Assembly: GCA_036172245.1 (NCBI GenBank)
Contig: JAYWIR010000013.1
Coordinates: 2,852,001-2,916,000, forward strand
Length of the DNA stretch: 64,000 nucleotides
Reading direction: 5' to 3'
Source: Raillietiella orientalis
Taxonomy: Eukaryota
The notes beneath the pieces were generated by a model. That model saw only the letters and a program-made list of their open reading frames with translations. It was not told where the DNA came from and made no database searches. Numbering within the stretch: position 1 is the first letter of the stretch; each line of letters starts with the position of its first letter. This document shows, in pieces, positions 1 to 11,366 of the stretch. The translations under genes and the position numbers were made by a program.

Positions 1-579
1 TCCTTTCAGAACCGGCGATGGATGCCGGCGATCTCTCTCCTCACGCTCTCTGGTAGGTGGGCCCACTCGGCAGCCGACGACATGCTTGCGTTGGGTGAGG
101 GCTGGCACGACGGCACAGCACCTGTCGACAGTGGATTCATCATCCCTTGGTTGCGATCCAAACCCTTTGGGCACGCCGGTCGGTCTCATCTCGTCGCTAT
201 GTTCAGCTGCTCGCAATCTAACGTCAGGAAGCAGAAAAGGAGATGCCTCGATGGATTTAGGTCATTTCACAGCTCAGGGATTAGATTCGCGCCGCGGCCA
301 TCGTCCGACCACAAAAAAATGAAACAAAGAGAGGAAGGAAAGCACGAAGAGTAACATGGCATCTGAATTCCAACTCTGCATCCGACAACTGATGGAACGG
401 TTCCCCTCCTCCTCCTCTTCCCACTCCTCTCTTCATCCTTTCCTCCTCCTCCTCCTCTATGCTGCTTGCTGCCTTGAGAGATCCTGCCCATGGGTTCGCT
501 AACAACAGCCAGCAGACTTGAACCTCGCATCCTGCCTGGGTCTTCGGGAGCATCTCTGGCTACAGGTCGCGAGCCCCGC

Positions 580-1295
580 GTGAGCGCCAGTAATTTCTGG
601 ATGTACCAAAAACAGCAGCAGAGAAGTGAAGGTGCTGTCGGATGATCACCCAGATCACCTGCGGAGAGATAGGCCGGAGGGACAGACTTCTCACGGTGAA
701 ATCAGTCCTTCGCTGTTGGTTGTCTGGCGAAGATTCTTGCCCGAACACACCAAGGTGTGCTCCAGCTCTTGAACACGAGGGCATCTGGGTGCGTGGACAG
801 CTCGGTAGCCGCGGACGCCGCGACCCCGAGTGCCCCACACAAAGGACTGCTACGCTGCGGAGAGCTGCTAAGAATTCCTCCCGAGCAGTTGCAGTGGCCC
901 CCAACGTGCTGGGACGGTGCGACCATCCCCCTAAAGTGGCAGGAGTGCCCCTGCTGCTGCTGCACTGGGGTGTCCCGTGCAACACCCGCCAACACCATTG
1001 GGACCCGGCGGAGGAGGCGAGCCCAAAGTGCAGCAGGTGCGGCGAGGGACAGTCCCTCTAGCACCTGCTCGTGCATTGTGTGGCCCTCCGCCCCCTATGG
1101 GAACGCTTTGCCGCGTCCCCGCGGATCCCCGAGGGCGACCCCAGAGACGTTCTTAAGCGTCTCTTCCTTCGCGACGTCCTCACGCCGGCCGCACCCCTAG
1201 CGGCGTCTCTTCGGGATCGGGGCCGCATGGAGCAACAAAGCAAGAGGAGGCCAGGACGACAGGGACGTCATCTATTTTGCCTGCCCTCCTCATGA
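580..1295 (+). mobile_element. Degenerate 3' end of a Tx1/L1-like non-LTR retrotransposon ORF2 (zf-RVT, C-terminal CCHC finger)
   Basis: Across frameshifts and a stop it reads TIPLKWQE..LLHWGVPCN..SPKCSRCGEGQSL*HLLVHCVALRPLW, matching the Cx2Cx7Hx4C finger and upstream LH..LP motif of L1/Tx1 ORF2. Boundaries are approximate. Confidence 0.7.
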
Positions 1296-2329
1296 GGATG
1301 GCGTCAAGATGCCGGACCCATCCGGGGGTGCCGAAACAGGAACTTGCCCGCGTCCTGGCAAGGATGCAGAGGACACCCGCTAGCACCCGATGATCCCTTC
1401 CCGAGCCCCCCTCCCTAATTTTTGGCATTTTGGGGTTTATTTCTCTTTTTGTTCGTCTCCCCTTTGCTGCCGAGGCGAATCCCGCCGGCCTACGCACCGG
1501 TTCCCAGCAGGTCCCCTTCAGTATATCCATGTAACGTGGCAGGATCACGCATCTTGCCACTGACCTCCATGTTTGTTTCTAACAAAGAAACTCCCTGGAG
1601 TGAGCGGGGCTCTGTCCACGTGGGTTTCGAAACCGCGGCTCGCGCGGAGACCCCGCACAGCCACGCGGCCCCCGCCGCCTTTCGACGGCTGCTCCTTTGG
1701 AATGGGGGGAGACTTTGCACTCCCCAATGCTTGCTAGGGATGAGAGATGGGGACGCCGTTCCTGCGTACGACCCGAAAGTGTCCGGGCGCTCGGCGCCAT
1801 CAGGGAAACTTTTCCTGCGTCACCAAAGTCCCTGGCCCATTCCTCCCATCTAGACTTTTCTTTTTTGTTTGTAGTCCCCTCCTCCCCCATTCGTTCAGGA
1901 CCTTCCGTTTTCCTAGCCTGCGTGCCAGTGGTATATCCCCGTTGCTGGTTTTCTGTACTCCTCAGCTGGAAACAACTGTTTCGAGCTGGTTTGTGTTAAT
2001 AAACATCCCGGCGTGACCGGGTAAGAAACTTTTCCTGCAGTGCGTGAAGGATCCTGCGCCCCATGTGAAGTAAAGGACGGCCTGCTCGTCACCATCGAGA
2101 CGAAATCACCACCATCGCGAGCTGTGGGTCTCAGGCGCACCAAAGGGCTCGCGACGGTGGGATGCAGCAGCCCAGGAACGACAAAAAAAAAAAAGGGTTG
2201 TCGAAGCGGCAGGTGATGATCTGGGCGGCAGTTCGGTGGAGCCGCGCTCTGTTCCGGGGAACGGGCGGAGGAGGAGGAAAGAGCGAAGCTAAGTCTCAAT
2301 TGTCCGGAATGTGCCGACAGCATGTGTTG

Positions 2330-2870
2330 CCAGGGGGGGACGTTGTCGTGAAGGAGAATTCCCGACCTCAGCACTCCACGTCGTCGGTTCTGCTGAATGG
2401 CACGCCTCAGCTTCGAGAGTGTTCCACAGCAGGCTGGCCAAGTGGTGGCCGTTCCAGGCTCCATAAAGTCCACCAAAAGCACACACCCTTTTGGTCCCAC
2501 GCACTGCCGTCCGCACATTCCGGACGATTCGGAAATTCAAATGGTAACTTTTTGATCGCCCACCTTTCAGTCTTGACCTCGCGCCCAGTGACTACCACGT
2601 CTTCCTTCCTGCACCCCTCAAGAAGAGCTTCGAGGGGCAAAGTGGGGAGCGGAAGGCCGCCGTGCTGCTGAACTCCCAGGCGGCGGAACGTCATGCAGAC
2701 GGTTTCGAAAAGCTCCTTCCACGGTATCCAAAGTGCTGGGAAAGAGAATCGCGACCACGTGGAAAAATGACACGGGGACGTATGTCTTCAGAACCACCAA
2801 TACGTTTTTGTTTCTCTTGTTTGTTTTTTCTATCCGATCCCCCTCCCCTACTTTCGAAATGCGCCTCGTA
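2330..2870 (-). mobile_element. Internally deleted mariner (Tc1/mariner) transposon remnant
   Basis: Minus strand reads WDQKG/VLLVDFMEPGT..TLSKLRRAIQQNRRRGVLRSGILLHDNVPP (mariner catalytic domain to the HDN motif). Upstream are decayed VVTG and SA*xVP (WVP-like) motifs. A mariner-type TIR start TACGAGGCGCATTTCGAAAGTA lies at 2849-2870. Confidence 0.85.
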
Positions 2871-3599
2871 CAATGAGAAGCAGACTCATCCCGAATGGGG
2901 GAGAAATAGGGAAAGAGCAGACGAAGGAAACGGGAGGATAAAAAAATTGAATAAACGAATGGAGGATGGGATGGGTCAGTCTTGCAGTGATGAAGAATAG
3001 TCCTGAAGATCTAAGTCGGCAGGAAGAAGAACGGAACGGAACGTTATCGGCGGTGAGGACACAGTCCACCGCCAACTTTCCCCATTCCTCCTGAGGACCG
3101 GTAGGGACAGCGAACGACTTCTCGGAACGACGGCCACACTCTTCTTCCTTCCGCTTTGGAGGTCGCCGTTGCCAGCACGTCGCGGAGCATCGACGGTCGA
3201 AGAGGCGGCTTGTGAGAGCCCACAGAAACGTCCATTCACCCGATCGTATCCTGGGGAGCGTTGTCTGGGAGTTCAAGGACTTCTGGGATCGCGGGTCCGT
3301 TCTCCTGCTACCTCCACGACATCCCCAAAGCTCATGCGAATGGATTCCCACGATTCCGCAGCGCGCTCATCCCGTCCCGCAGCGTGGTGTTCCTTCTCGT
3401 TTCGAGAGAGACCTCCGGCACAGCACAGGCAGAACAAAAGGGGAAGGGCATCCCGTTTAGAAGAGGCCACGACCGCGAAAACGTCAACCCAGCTTTCTGC
3501 TGGACCGCAGATCCTCCAGTCGAATGGATGTTCCGGAGCGTGTGAGTTGTTTGAAAAGATTCGGAATTGCGTAAAGAAATAAGGGGGGAAGGAGATTGT

Positions 3600-3755
3600 T
3601 CCGCAGCTTCACCCTGTTTCCTCGGCTGGGCGCGGTTTCATCGAGAGGGTGTCCGAGAGTTCGGGTTTGCCCCTTTCAGGCATAAGGACTTCCACAGGAT
3701 TCGAACCAGCAACCTTCCGCTCGATACCAGAGGTTTTCCCCTGGACCAAGATTTT
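3600..3755 (-). mobile_element. tRNA-derived SINE fragment (Pol III A/B boxes)
   Basis: Minus strand has A-box-like TGGTCCAGGGG (3738-3748) and B-box GGTTCGAATCC (3697-3707) at tRNA spacing, with no intact cloverleaf. Extent of the body is uncertain. Confidence 0.6.
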
Positions 3756-4289
3756 TCCCGGGTCCGACAAGCGGTGGGGTGAATTTATTGACCAACCCAA
3801 ATTTTACACTTTACTGCTGTGTGCTCCTGAGAAGAGATGCTCTCCCCCACCCCACCCCAACTGCAAGTTCCAGTTCCCAGTTTCTGTTGTGGGCGACAGG
3901 AAGGAAGGAAGACAGTGATGATTACAAATCTTCCTTGTTCTTCTTCCTTTTTCTTCGTGGAAGGAGTCCATCGTCCGTTCCTAGCAGATTTTCCATCACC
4001 TGCGTCACCACCTTCCGACTCGGTGGAGTCTGTTGACTTCTTCCTTTTCCTGCTTCTTTAGACACTTTGCTCCTGTTGGTTTCCTCGCCACAGGCGGGAC
4101 CACCCCGAGAACTTGCTCCTTCTGTTTCTTGGTGGAGTACGGACGAACCGCTTCCTCCTACTCGACGTTTGAACGTTGCACGTCTTCCTCGGTCAGCTGG
4201 CATTCGCGACCTTTTGCTTCCGTCATCGTCCTCGCGGCTTTCCACCACCCTCTACAAATGGGATGGGGGGGGAGGAAGTTCTTCCTCGG

Positions 4290-4970
4290 CTACCTGCTTC
4301 CTCCCCTTTGGAGACTTCTGTTACTGCTGCTGCTGCGTTTCTGGGAGGCTCGTGTCGCTGGCTGTGGAGCATCTTCTCGACGGCTGTGGCCAGTCGAGGA
4401 GAGGTTCAAGATGCTGCTCTGCCTGCCTCTTCCTCTTCGCCTCCTCTTCGGGAAGCGGAGGAAGTCCTCGGACCACGAGCCAGTCGGAATGATTCTCGCA
4501 CTCCTTCTCATGGCCCGACATTTTGCGGTGATGACACTGCGAGGGCCTGGAGCTATCCTTGAAGAAATGGCCGATTTGGCAGCACTTGAAACATCGCGGG
4601 CCTTGGGGCAGGCGCCCACGCGGTGGCCGAACTCCTTGCAGCAACCCGTGCAAAAGGTGGACTGAAGGCGGGAGTGCACCTGCACCTTCCAGGAGTGCTC
4701 GTCGATGACAACAACTCCCGGAAGCTTCGCGTCAGGGAACAGCTTCATTCACACCATGGCCTCCCCGGGATCTCGATGTGGTTGCGGAATGCAACCTCCT
4801 TAACTTCCTGTATCGGGAGAAGAACTCTTACACGTCTACCTGGTTGGAGCCGCAGTGTACACCTGTCAGGCAGACTGTGGTGGTTGATAATTCCCCCAGT
4901 CCAGGCAGACGGCCTCCTGTTGAGGGCGATGCCCTTCTCCATGAGGGTCTCCTGCAGCTCCTCGTCCACG
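4290..4970 (-). mobile_element. Degenerate gag-like ORF1 of a Tx1/L1-like LINE with three zinc knuckles
   Basis: Frameshifted reading LPGVVVIDEHSWKVQV..QSTFCTGCCKEFGHRVGAC / PRCFKCCQIGHFFKD / QCHHRKMSGHEKEC gives three tandem CCHC-type knuckles. Confidence 0.7.
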
Positions 4971-5439
4971 GGTGTACATGAGAAATCAGCTCGCGGACGG
5001 AACGACGACTTTCATTTTTTTTTCTGAAAATCGACGTTCTTTTCGCAGGATGCCACGTGGACATCCCTCACGCTGGCGAATCGCAGCATCCTGTTCGATT
5101 TGTTTCACTTCTTTTGAAACTTCCCACCTTTGAAATCGAACGGGTTTCTTCACCCGTTCGATTTCAAACATGGCGGACCTCGTCAGCCACGCCCGTTGTC
5201 GCTGCATCCGTGCTCCGCACTATTGGCTGCAACGCTGCTACCACGGCCGTCGGGCAAGTCAATGGCGGCTGCGGCTGCACCATTGCCAATGCTAGCGCAG
5301 TTTCCTCGATGGAAAGGCCGGGTTGGCCCACTTCCATGGACGCGGGGCTCTTCTTCCGTCTTCACTCTCTTTCTTTCTGATGCCACTGGTAAGTTAGGGG
5401 TTCCCGCACTTCTGCTTCTTCAGGGGTTGCCCCGAACTT

Positions 5440-6420
5440 GAAATCCCCAAAAGAGGCTCTTCAAGCTACTTGCCCTGGTTCGACCAAGATCTCCTCGGAG
5501 CCAGGTAAGTATCCTGGGCCCTAGACCAAGATTGCTTTGCCCGAGTTCGAGCTTGCGCGGGTGTGAGGGCTTCCGGAGATTCCACCCTTTAGGTCTGCGC
5601 ATGATCGATCAAGGGTTGCCCAAGCCGACGCATCCGGTTTTGGCTGACTTGGCCATGCTGGAGTGCAGCAGACACCGCCACCAGACTGCTAGGCAGATTT
5701 GCATGCGTTCTTGGAACCCTTTCAGCTCTTGAAAGCCACCATCATTCCAATGACCCCTTGATGATCGTGCCAACTGACCTCCGGGTCCCCCCTGACAGTG
5801 AAAGAGAGAGTCTTGTAGCACAGAACATTTCAGCCTAGAAGAGTTCTGGTCTCTAAATCTGGAGCCGGCCCACGGAATTTTATGTTTGCAATCAAGAGGA
5901 ACGATCACGTGATCAGTTTGAATGACATGCATTCTTCCAAAGATGTAAATGGTTCGACTTATCTCACAAGAAAGCTTTAAACGTGTGACAGCTGTAACAT
6001 CGAATGCGTGAGCAGCAGAGTTTGAGCGGTCAAGAGTCGAGATTGCTTTCAGCTTGGCTTGAGGCTCAAAGAAGTCTTGTTTCGGCCCTAAGATTCAGCA
6101 GATATTCTGCAGTTCCTGGTCGACAACTAATGGCTGTTGTGGTTGACCAAAGAAGGCTCAACACGGCCTCATAATCAATGCTCATGTAACTGGCTGTCGG
6201 CAAAGACTCACTAGGTAATTCTCTGCCGACGAGAATTCAACGCTGTGGAAGATTATTGGGGTCGTCAGAAAATTCTTGGGAGCATCCATCCGCGAAATAA
6301 GCAAGAAATAGAACGCAGTTGGAACAAACATCTTTGGAGCTCTGCGTCTCAATAATAATTGCCCACTGCCTCAAACCATTGCTTTTGTATGTTATGAGTG
6401 TTGAGTACATGTTCGCCTGC
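5440..6420 (-). mobile_element. Highly decayed APE-endonuclease region of a LINE ORF2
   Basis: Remnant motifs appear in the expected order on the minus strand: LITYKSNGLR (N-terminal NxNGL), SRI/DV (SRID with a 1-nt insertion), TDHVIV (SDH) and RLKCSVLQDSLF (W.LN.SLL.D..F-like). Many stops and frameshifts. Confidence 0.5.
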
Positions 6421-7773
6421 TGATTTCCTTCCAGGTAGTCCCAGTATATGGCCAAACAGCTCCTTATTCTGCAAGCTCATGAATACTCTTAATGGAAATC
6501 ATAAGCAAGGCAAGGAAAACAGGGCGTAAATCTCATACAATCCATGGATGGACATTAGCTGCTTCTCCGGAAAGCCTGGGAACAGTAGTCATGGCAAGAC
6601 TATTGAGAGAATCCGTCTTGGGGACTCTGCCTTGCAAAACTGACCACTTCTTGGAGTTGATATCTTTTCCTCGTTTTCTTTGCTCACACGTCCATGGAGC
6701 ACCGTCCAGGGATCGGTTGCCATATGCTCAAAAAGATGAGGAATCCTTTTCTATAAAACTCCCATGAGCGAAGAATTCACTGCCTTGTGCTCAAGTGCAA
6801 AAAGTTTTCGGGATGCTCTTCTCTAATCTCATTGCTCTGCGAGCGCGGGGAAATCACAACAACAACAACAACACTCTAAAGGGCAGCGTATTGAAGAGAG
6901 AAGTCCTCGAAGAGATGCGACGAAACGTTGCTAAGCTTCCGACTGCACCCATGAGGTTTTCTGTGGATTTGGGATGAAGCCATCTCCCCCATCCCGAGCT
7001 CCCATCTGAATCTATTCGCAGTTGGGACCACTACGTGTGCCTCTCTTCATGTGACATCCATCCCTGTCGCACTGAATAGATGGCGCACCTCGTGAGTGCA
7101 CACAGTGGATAAATAGAGCCACGGAAAGCTCGCACGCATGGAACGGTATGGAACTGAGAGGGAAACATCAAATGGGAGCTGAACGAAACGAAGGCCTCAG
7201 TGATGCGTGCACTCCAAGAAGCTGTACTCCTCTTTTTGTATTGCTTCCATACTTACAGAACATTATGCATTTCCAAGATTCATGGCGCTTTTATGACTTG
7301 GTTTGTTCCCGGAAAAGGAATTCCTTGGTCAGTAGGCTAAGCCGCTCTGATTCTCTTCACTACGAATCCTTGTTCATCCATCATTTGAAAATCTGGGAAA
7401 CTTGCAGAGGGCTCCGAGTTCCCACGGGAGAGCGTGGTTCAGAAAAAGTGCATTCCTCACCCTCCCCGCCTCATCTCCGCAGATCGCATGCTCATCTTCC
7501 CAGGCATTTGCAAACTAGGGAGTACGAAACGTATACTGTGGTCTCCGGAGACGGAAAAATAAGTCAACTACCTTCATCTTGCAAGGAATCATTAGAAGAG
7601 GAGCTGGGTACATTCTACAGATCTTTGCTAAACTCTTTTTGCTTTTGCCTCTGTAGCCTCCTATTGCCTTCAGACTCCAAATCTCCCTCCTTTACTCTTT
7701 TTTGGTTTTTTGTTTTTTACAGGTGTTTGACGTGTGTGTGTGTATTTTATACGCATATCAAAAGAAGTGAGAA

Positions 7774-7833
7774 AAGCGCCCTTTCCATATTTGTTTCTGC
7801 CTCAGATCAGAAACAAATATGGAAAGGGCGCTT
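7774..7833. repeat. Perfect 26-bp inverted repeat with 8-nt loop
   Basis: AAGCGCCCTTTCCATATTTGTTTCTG (7774-7799) is the exact reverse complement of 7808-7833. Confidence 0.95.
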
Positions 7834-9656
7834 CCATCTACTGCCTACTCTAGAAATTTGCGCCTTGTTGGGCAAAAATGCTCTTAGACTACGGGGACCT
7901 TCAGTATTTCAGCGGAAAGCTAAAAGCCGTGCTCTTCTCGACTCCGAAAACGCTCGTGCCACGGAGCGCGGTTCCCGAACCTGCCCCGAAAGGATTACCT
8001 TCAAGGTGGGGTGAATTCCACCGTGACCCCACTTCCAGGAAGTGCGCCGCTCGATCGCTCGAACCCTTTGACCGAGTTGTCTGGCAGCAAGTAAACAAAA
8101 GGCACGGATGAAGGACTGATAACGGTGAGTCACGGTCTTCGTTCTTCTCTAGCTGACCTTCCAGACAGCAGTCTACTTATTTACGAAAGAACACACACAC
8201 ACACAAAAAAAAAAAAACTGCCTTCGAATCAAGGAATTGCCTCGTGGGATACTCCGCAACAAAGAGTATCCTTCGAAACTGCAGCCGGTGATGGTCCATT
8301 GAGCGATGAGCCGTTAGATGCGTTCAGAGAACGTTGTTCTATCGGTTCCCTTAAGCATCACAGTGCGTTGCCTCCCACTCGGCTCGTACAAGCATCGGTC
8401 TGCTAATGTGTTTGAATCGTAAAGTGGTGGTTTCCGTCTCACCCACGTCCAGGAGCATGGCATGCCTTTCAGCGTCTGGCTCTGTCGTCGGAGGAAAAAC
8501 CGCAGTTTCCCGATGAAAGGATCGCGAAACCCGTTGCCGTCTGACTCAGCCGCAAGAGAAACCGTAGACGCAGTGCCGTTTTCCCAGGCGTTTGCTCTTT
8601 GCCGTTTCGAGCGGTTTGAGCACGTTTTTTGAAGGCCCTCTCCGGATGACACTTGTAATCTTCGAAGGCAACGAGCTCCAACACGGCTGAATCACCCATC
8701 CTTACCCTGTGGTTGCTAAAATATGACTTTGGAGGGCGGCTTGCTGAGGACGACCTGTCAAACGAGCAGCCTTTCCAGCATCGCGCTGCCGGATCCATAA
8801 AGATCCATCCCGCAGCCGCCCAACGTCCCACGCTCTCCAGGCAGTTCGGTTCCGAGATTTTCGTTTACGGGTCACCAGCAGCTCCTGGCACAGGGTGGTG
8901 GTGGTGGCGGCTGCAAGAGCGATTCACAAGATCGATGTATTCGAACGCTGCGATGAAACTGCGGTGCTGGAACCATATGGACAAAACAAACAAACAAACA
9001 AACAAGGGGCATGAAAAGAAAGGAAGGAAGATAATGGGCTGATCTTAGAATTTCTGAAATCTGACAAACGCGCGCTTGACATTCGATTATCCCATTATTT
9101 TCCTTTCCTCCCTTGTCATTCACATTTCCTTGCTTGTCTAGAAACGCTTTGTCAGCATTAATTATTATTTTTTCCTATTAATGATGATGTGAAATAAAAA
9201 ATGCATGAGCCCCTTACATGAGTTTCTGCACAAAGGATTCTGGAAGGGTTGTTCGTTTCTTCCTTGTCATTAATAATGGCCAGCAGGCTACTCGATGGAG
9301 AAGGAGTTTCGTTTTATTGGCATTGGAGAAAAAGGCACGATCCCATTAAGGAACTTGAGGACGTTTCGTTTCCAGCTCGAAGAATAACAGGCTAAGCAAG
9401 ATATTCCTTCCGGATCTTTCTAGGATGACTGCAGCAACCTCCTGCTCGTTAAGAATGCAAAGTACTTCATCAGCTTAGAAGAAAAGGCAAGCTGTGCTTT
9501 AATTAACGCTGTACCGATTCTTATCTGATGGGACAAGGAAAATCCGAGTCGTCTTAATGGACGGAAGAGGAGGGGGGGCGCCTCCCATCACCCCTCCCTG
9601 CCTAGGACGGAGGAATGAGGAGGAGAGGGGCGAAGCGGGCAGTTTCCTTTTTGAAA

Positions 9657-11366
9657 ATGAACAAGTTGCTCTTTGGTTTCGTGCTGGCCTTTGGTTTCGG
9701 CTCTCTGGTGTGCAGGGTCTCCTGCAAGTGCTACACGAGGTACCCCCCGTCTTTCACGATCAACTACAGTGAACCGTTCGCTTTCTTCATGAAGGACAAC
9801 AGCGACCAGCAAAACGTGGTGCTGATCAATCTGGATTCTCAGTTCTGGAGGAAGTTCCGCCTCCCCAAGCTGATGCGGTTCCCCCTGATCCTCCTCAGTT
9901 GCCGCCGCTCCTGGGACATCAACTGCAAATACGAGTCTGTGAACAGCCTGATGCACAACGTGAACAACCCATTCGTCATCCTTGCCACTGAGGAGAACAT
10001 GCAGTACCCCGTGAAGAACCTGTACTCGCGCCGGCTGCCGCCCAAAAAGGTGCTCGAGATCGAAAAGGGGGTTTTGAACTCGCAGTGCGGCATGAGGCAA
10101 AACCCGGAGATGATGGCATACGGGTGCGATCGGCCGCACCTGCAGGTCCACGACTTCAACGGGCAGGCCCTCCGCGTGTGCATCATGACTCTGAAGCCGT
10201 ACGCCTACCAGCTGCCTGATGGCAGCTACGACGGATGGGAGATAAGGCTGCTGGGTGCTCTGGCGGCAAAGCACAATTTCGGGACCATCATGGTGAGACC
10301 CAAAGACGGGCACTGGGGCACGAACGTGCCGAAGATCGGATGGAACGGGTGCCTGAAGATAATGCTGGACGACAGAGCGGACATTTCCATGGGTGTGTTT
10401 GGTGCGACCAGCAACCGGTTCATGATGTTCCCCTATTCTCCCGTGCTGTCGATGAACTCCTTCGTCATCATGAGCAACAAACCCAGAGTAATCCCGAAGT
10501 GGCACCTCTTGCTGCTGCCTTTCAGGCGAGAGGTGTCGCTGTGCTCTTTGCCAGTCATCTTCGCGGTGACGTTCACTGCTTGCTACGTGTTGATCTTCAT
10601 GAACAAGTGCCAGTCCGTCGCCGAAAACATCCGCAAAGGGGTGACAGACACCTTCGTAGCGGCATTCCACGAAGGTGAAATCCGTTACCCTCCGTACCTT
10701 TCCTACAGGATCGTTATCGTCTTCTTCGTGTTCGCCTTCATGGTGGTCACAGCTGTCTACAAAGGCGCCATCCTGTCCTGCCTGATCACACCCATCATGG
10801 AAGAGGAAATCAATTCCCTCCGCGACCTCCAGGAATCGAAGAGGACGCTCATTGTCACCTCCTCCGGTTTCGTAAACAGCTTGTTCCAAGAATACAGGCT
10901 TCAGCTGTACAAGGACATCGAGCAGAAGGTCATGATCAACATCTCGGAAGCGATAGACACCGTGCTGAAGAACCCCAAGAAATACGCCATGCTAGTTCTG
11001 AAGGACGGGATATTCGATTACATGGAGACATTCATGCCTTCCAAGAACGTGAGGGAGCAGGTGTCACTGGGGTCCGAGTCCATACTGACTAGTCCCATCC
11101 TTTGGTATTTCAACCCTTGGAGGCCCCTGTCCACCATTTTCGAACAGAGCCTGCACCGTCTGCTTGAAGGGGGGCTAATCAAATACTGGCAGGATCTCTT
11201 GAACAGCAACGAAGAAGCTCTGGACCATCCGCAGTCTCAGAAGCAACCTCTGAGAATAGAGGAAATATACAGCCTCTTGTCGCTGCCCGTGCTGGGCATC
11301 CTCATGTCGTCCCTCGTGTTCACAGTGGAGAGGAGAATCAGCAGAAGCCGGAAGCACGTGCGGTGA
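9657..11366 (+). CDS. Divergent ionotropic receptor (IR, variant iGluR chemoreceptor), single exon, ~569 aa
   Basis: Uninterrupted ORF with strong GC3 bias and a signal peptide MNKLLFGFVLAFGFGSLV. S1 motifs: DGWEIRLL, DGHWG, WNG..ADI..TSNR. Also pre-M1 LLPF, SYRIV, M3 VTAVYKGAILSCL, INSLRDL, RLLEGGLIKYW and a C-terminal TM ending in E. Alternative upstream ATG at 9615. Confidence 0.93.
   Translation: MNKLLFGFVLAFGFGSLVCRVSCKCYTRYPPSFTINYSEPFAFFMKDNSDQQNVVLINLDSQFWRKFRLPKLMRFPLILLSCRRSWDINCKYESVNSLMHNVNNPFVILATEENMQYPVKNLYSRRLPPKKVLEIEKGVLNSQCGMRQNPEMMAYGCDRPHLQVHDFNGQALRVCIMTLKPYAYQLPDGSYDGWEIRLLGALAAKHNFGTIMVRPKDGHWGTNVPKIGWNGCLKIMLDDRADISMGVFGATSNRFMMFPYSPVLSMNSFVIMSNKPRVIPKWHLLLLPFRREVSLCSLPVIFAVTFTACYVLIFMNKCQSVAENIRKGVTDTFVAAFHEGEIRYPPYLSYRIVIVFFVFAFMVVTAVYKGAILSCLITPIMEEEINSLRDLQESKRTLIVTSSGFVNSLFQEYRLQLYKDIEQKVMINISEAIDTVLKNPKKYAMLVLKDGIFDYMETFMPSKNVREQVSLGSESILTSPILWYFNPWRPLSTIFEQSLHRLLEGGLIKYWQDLLNSNEEALDHPQSQKQPLRIEEIYSLLSLPVLGILMSSLVFTVERRISRSRKHVR

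Noticed and set aside
3690..3760. Functional tRNA gene (also considered for 30850-30912)
   Set aside because: A/B boxes are present but acceptor and anticodon stems do not form; treated as SINE heads.
7148..8014. 288-aa plus-strand ORF
   Set aside because: Runs through low-complexity tracts and the perfect hairpin; no codon bias or domain.
9588..10889. 433-aa antisense ORF overlapping the IR
   Set aside because: Shadow ORF expected from the strong GC3 codon bias of the sense gene; no recognisable domain.
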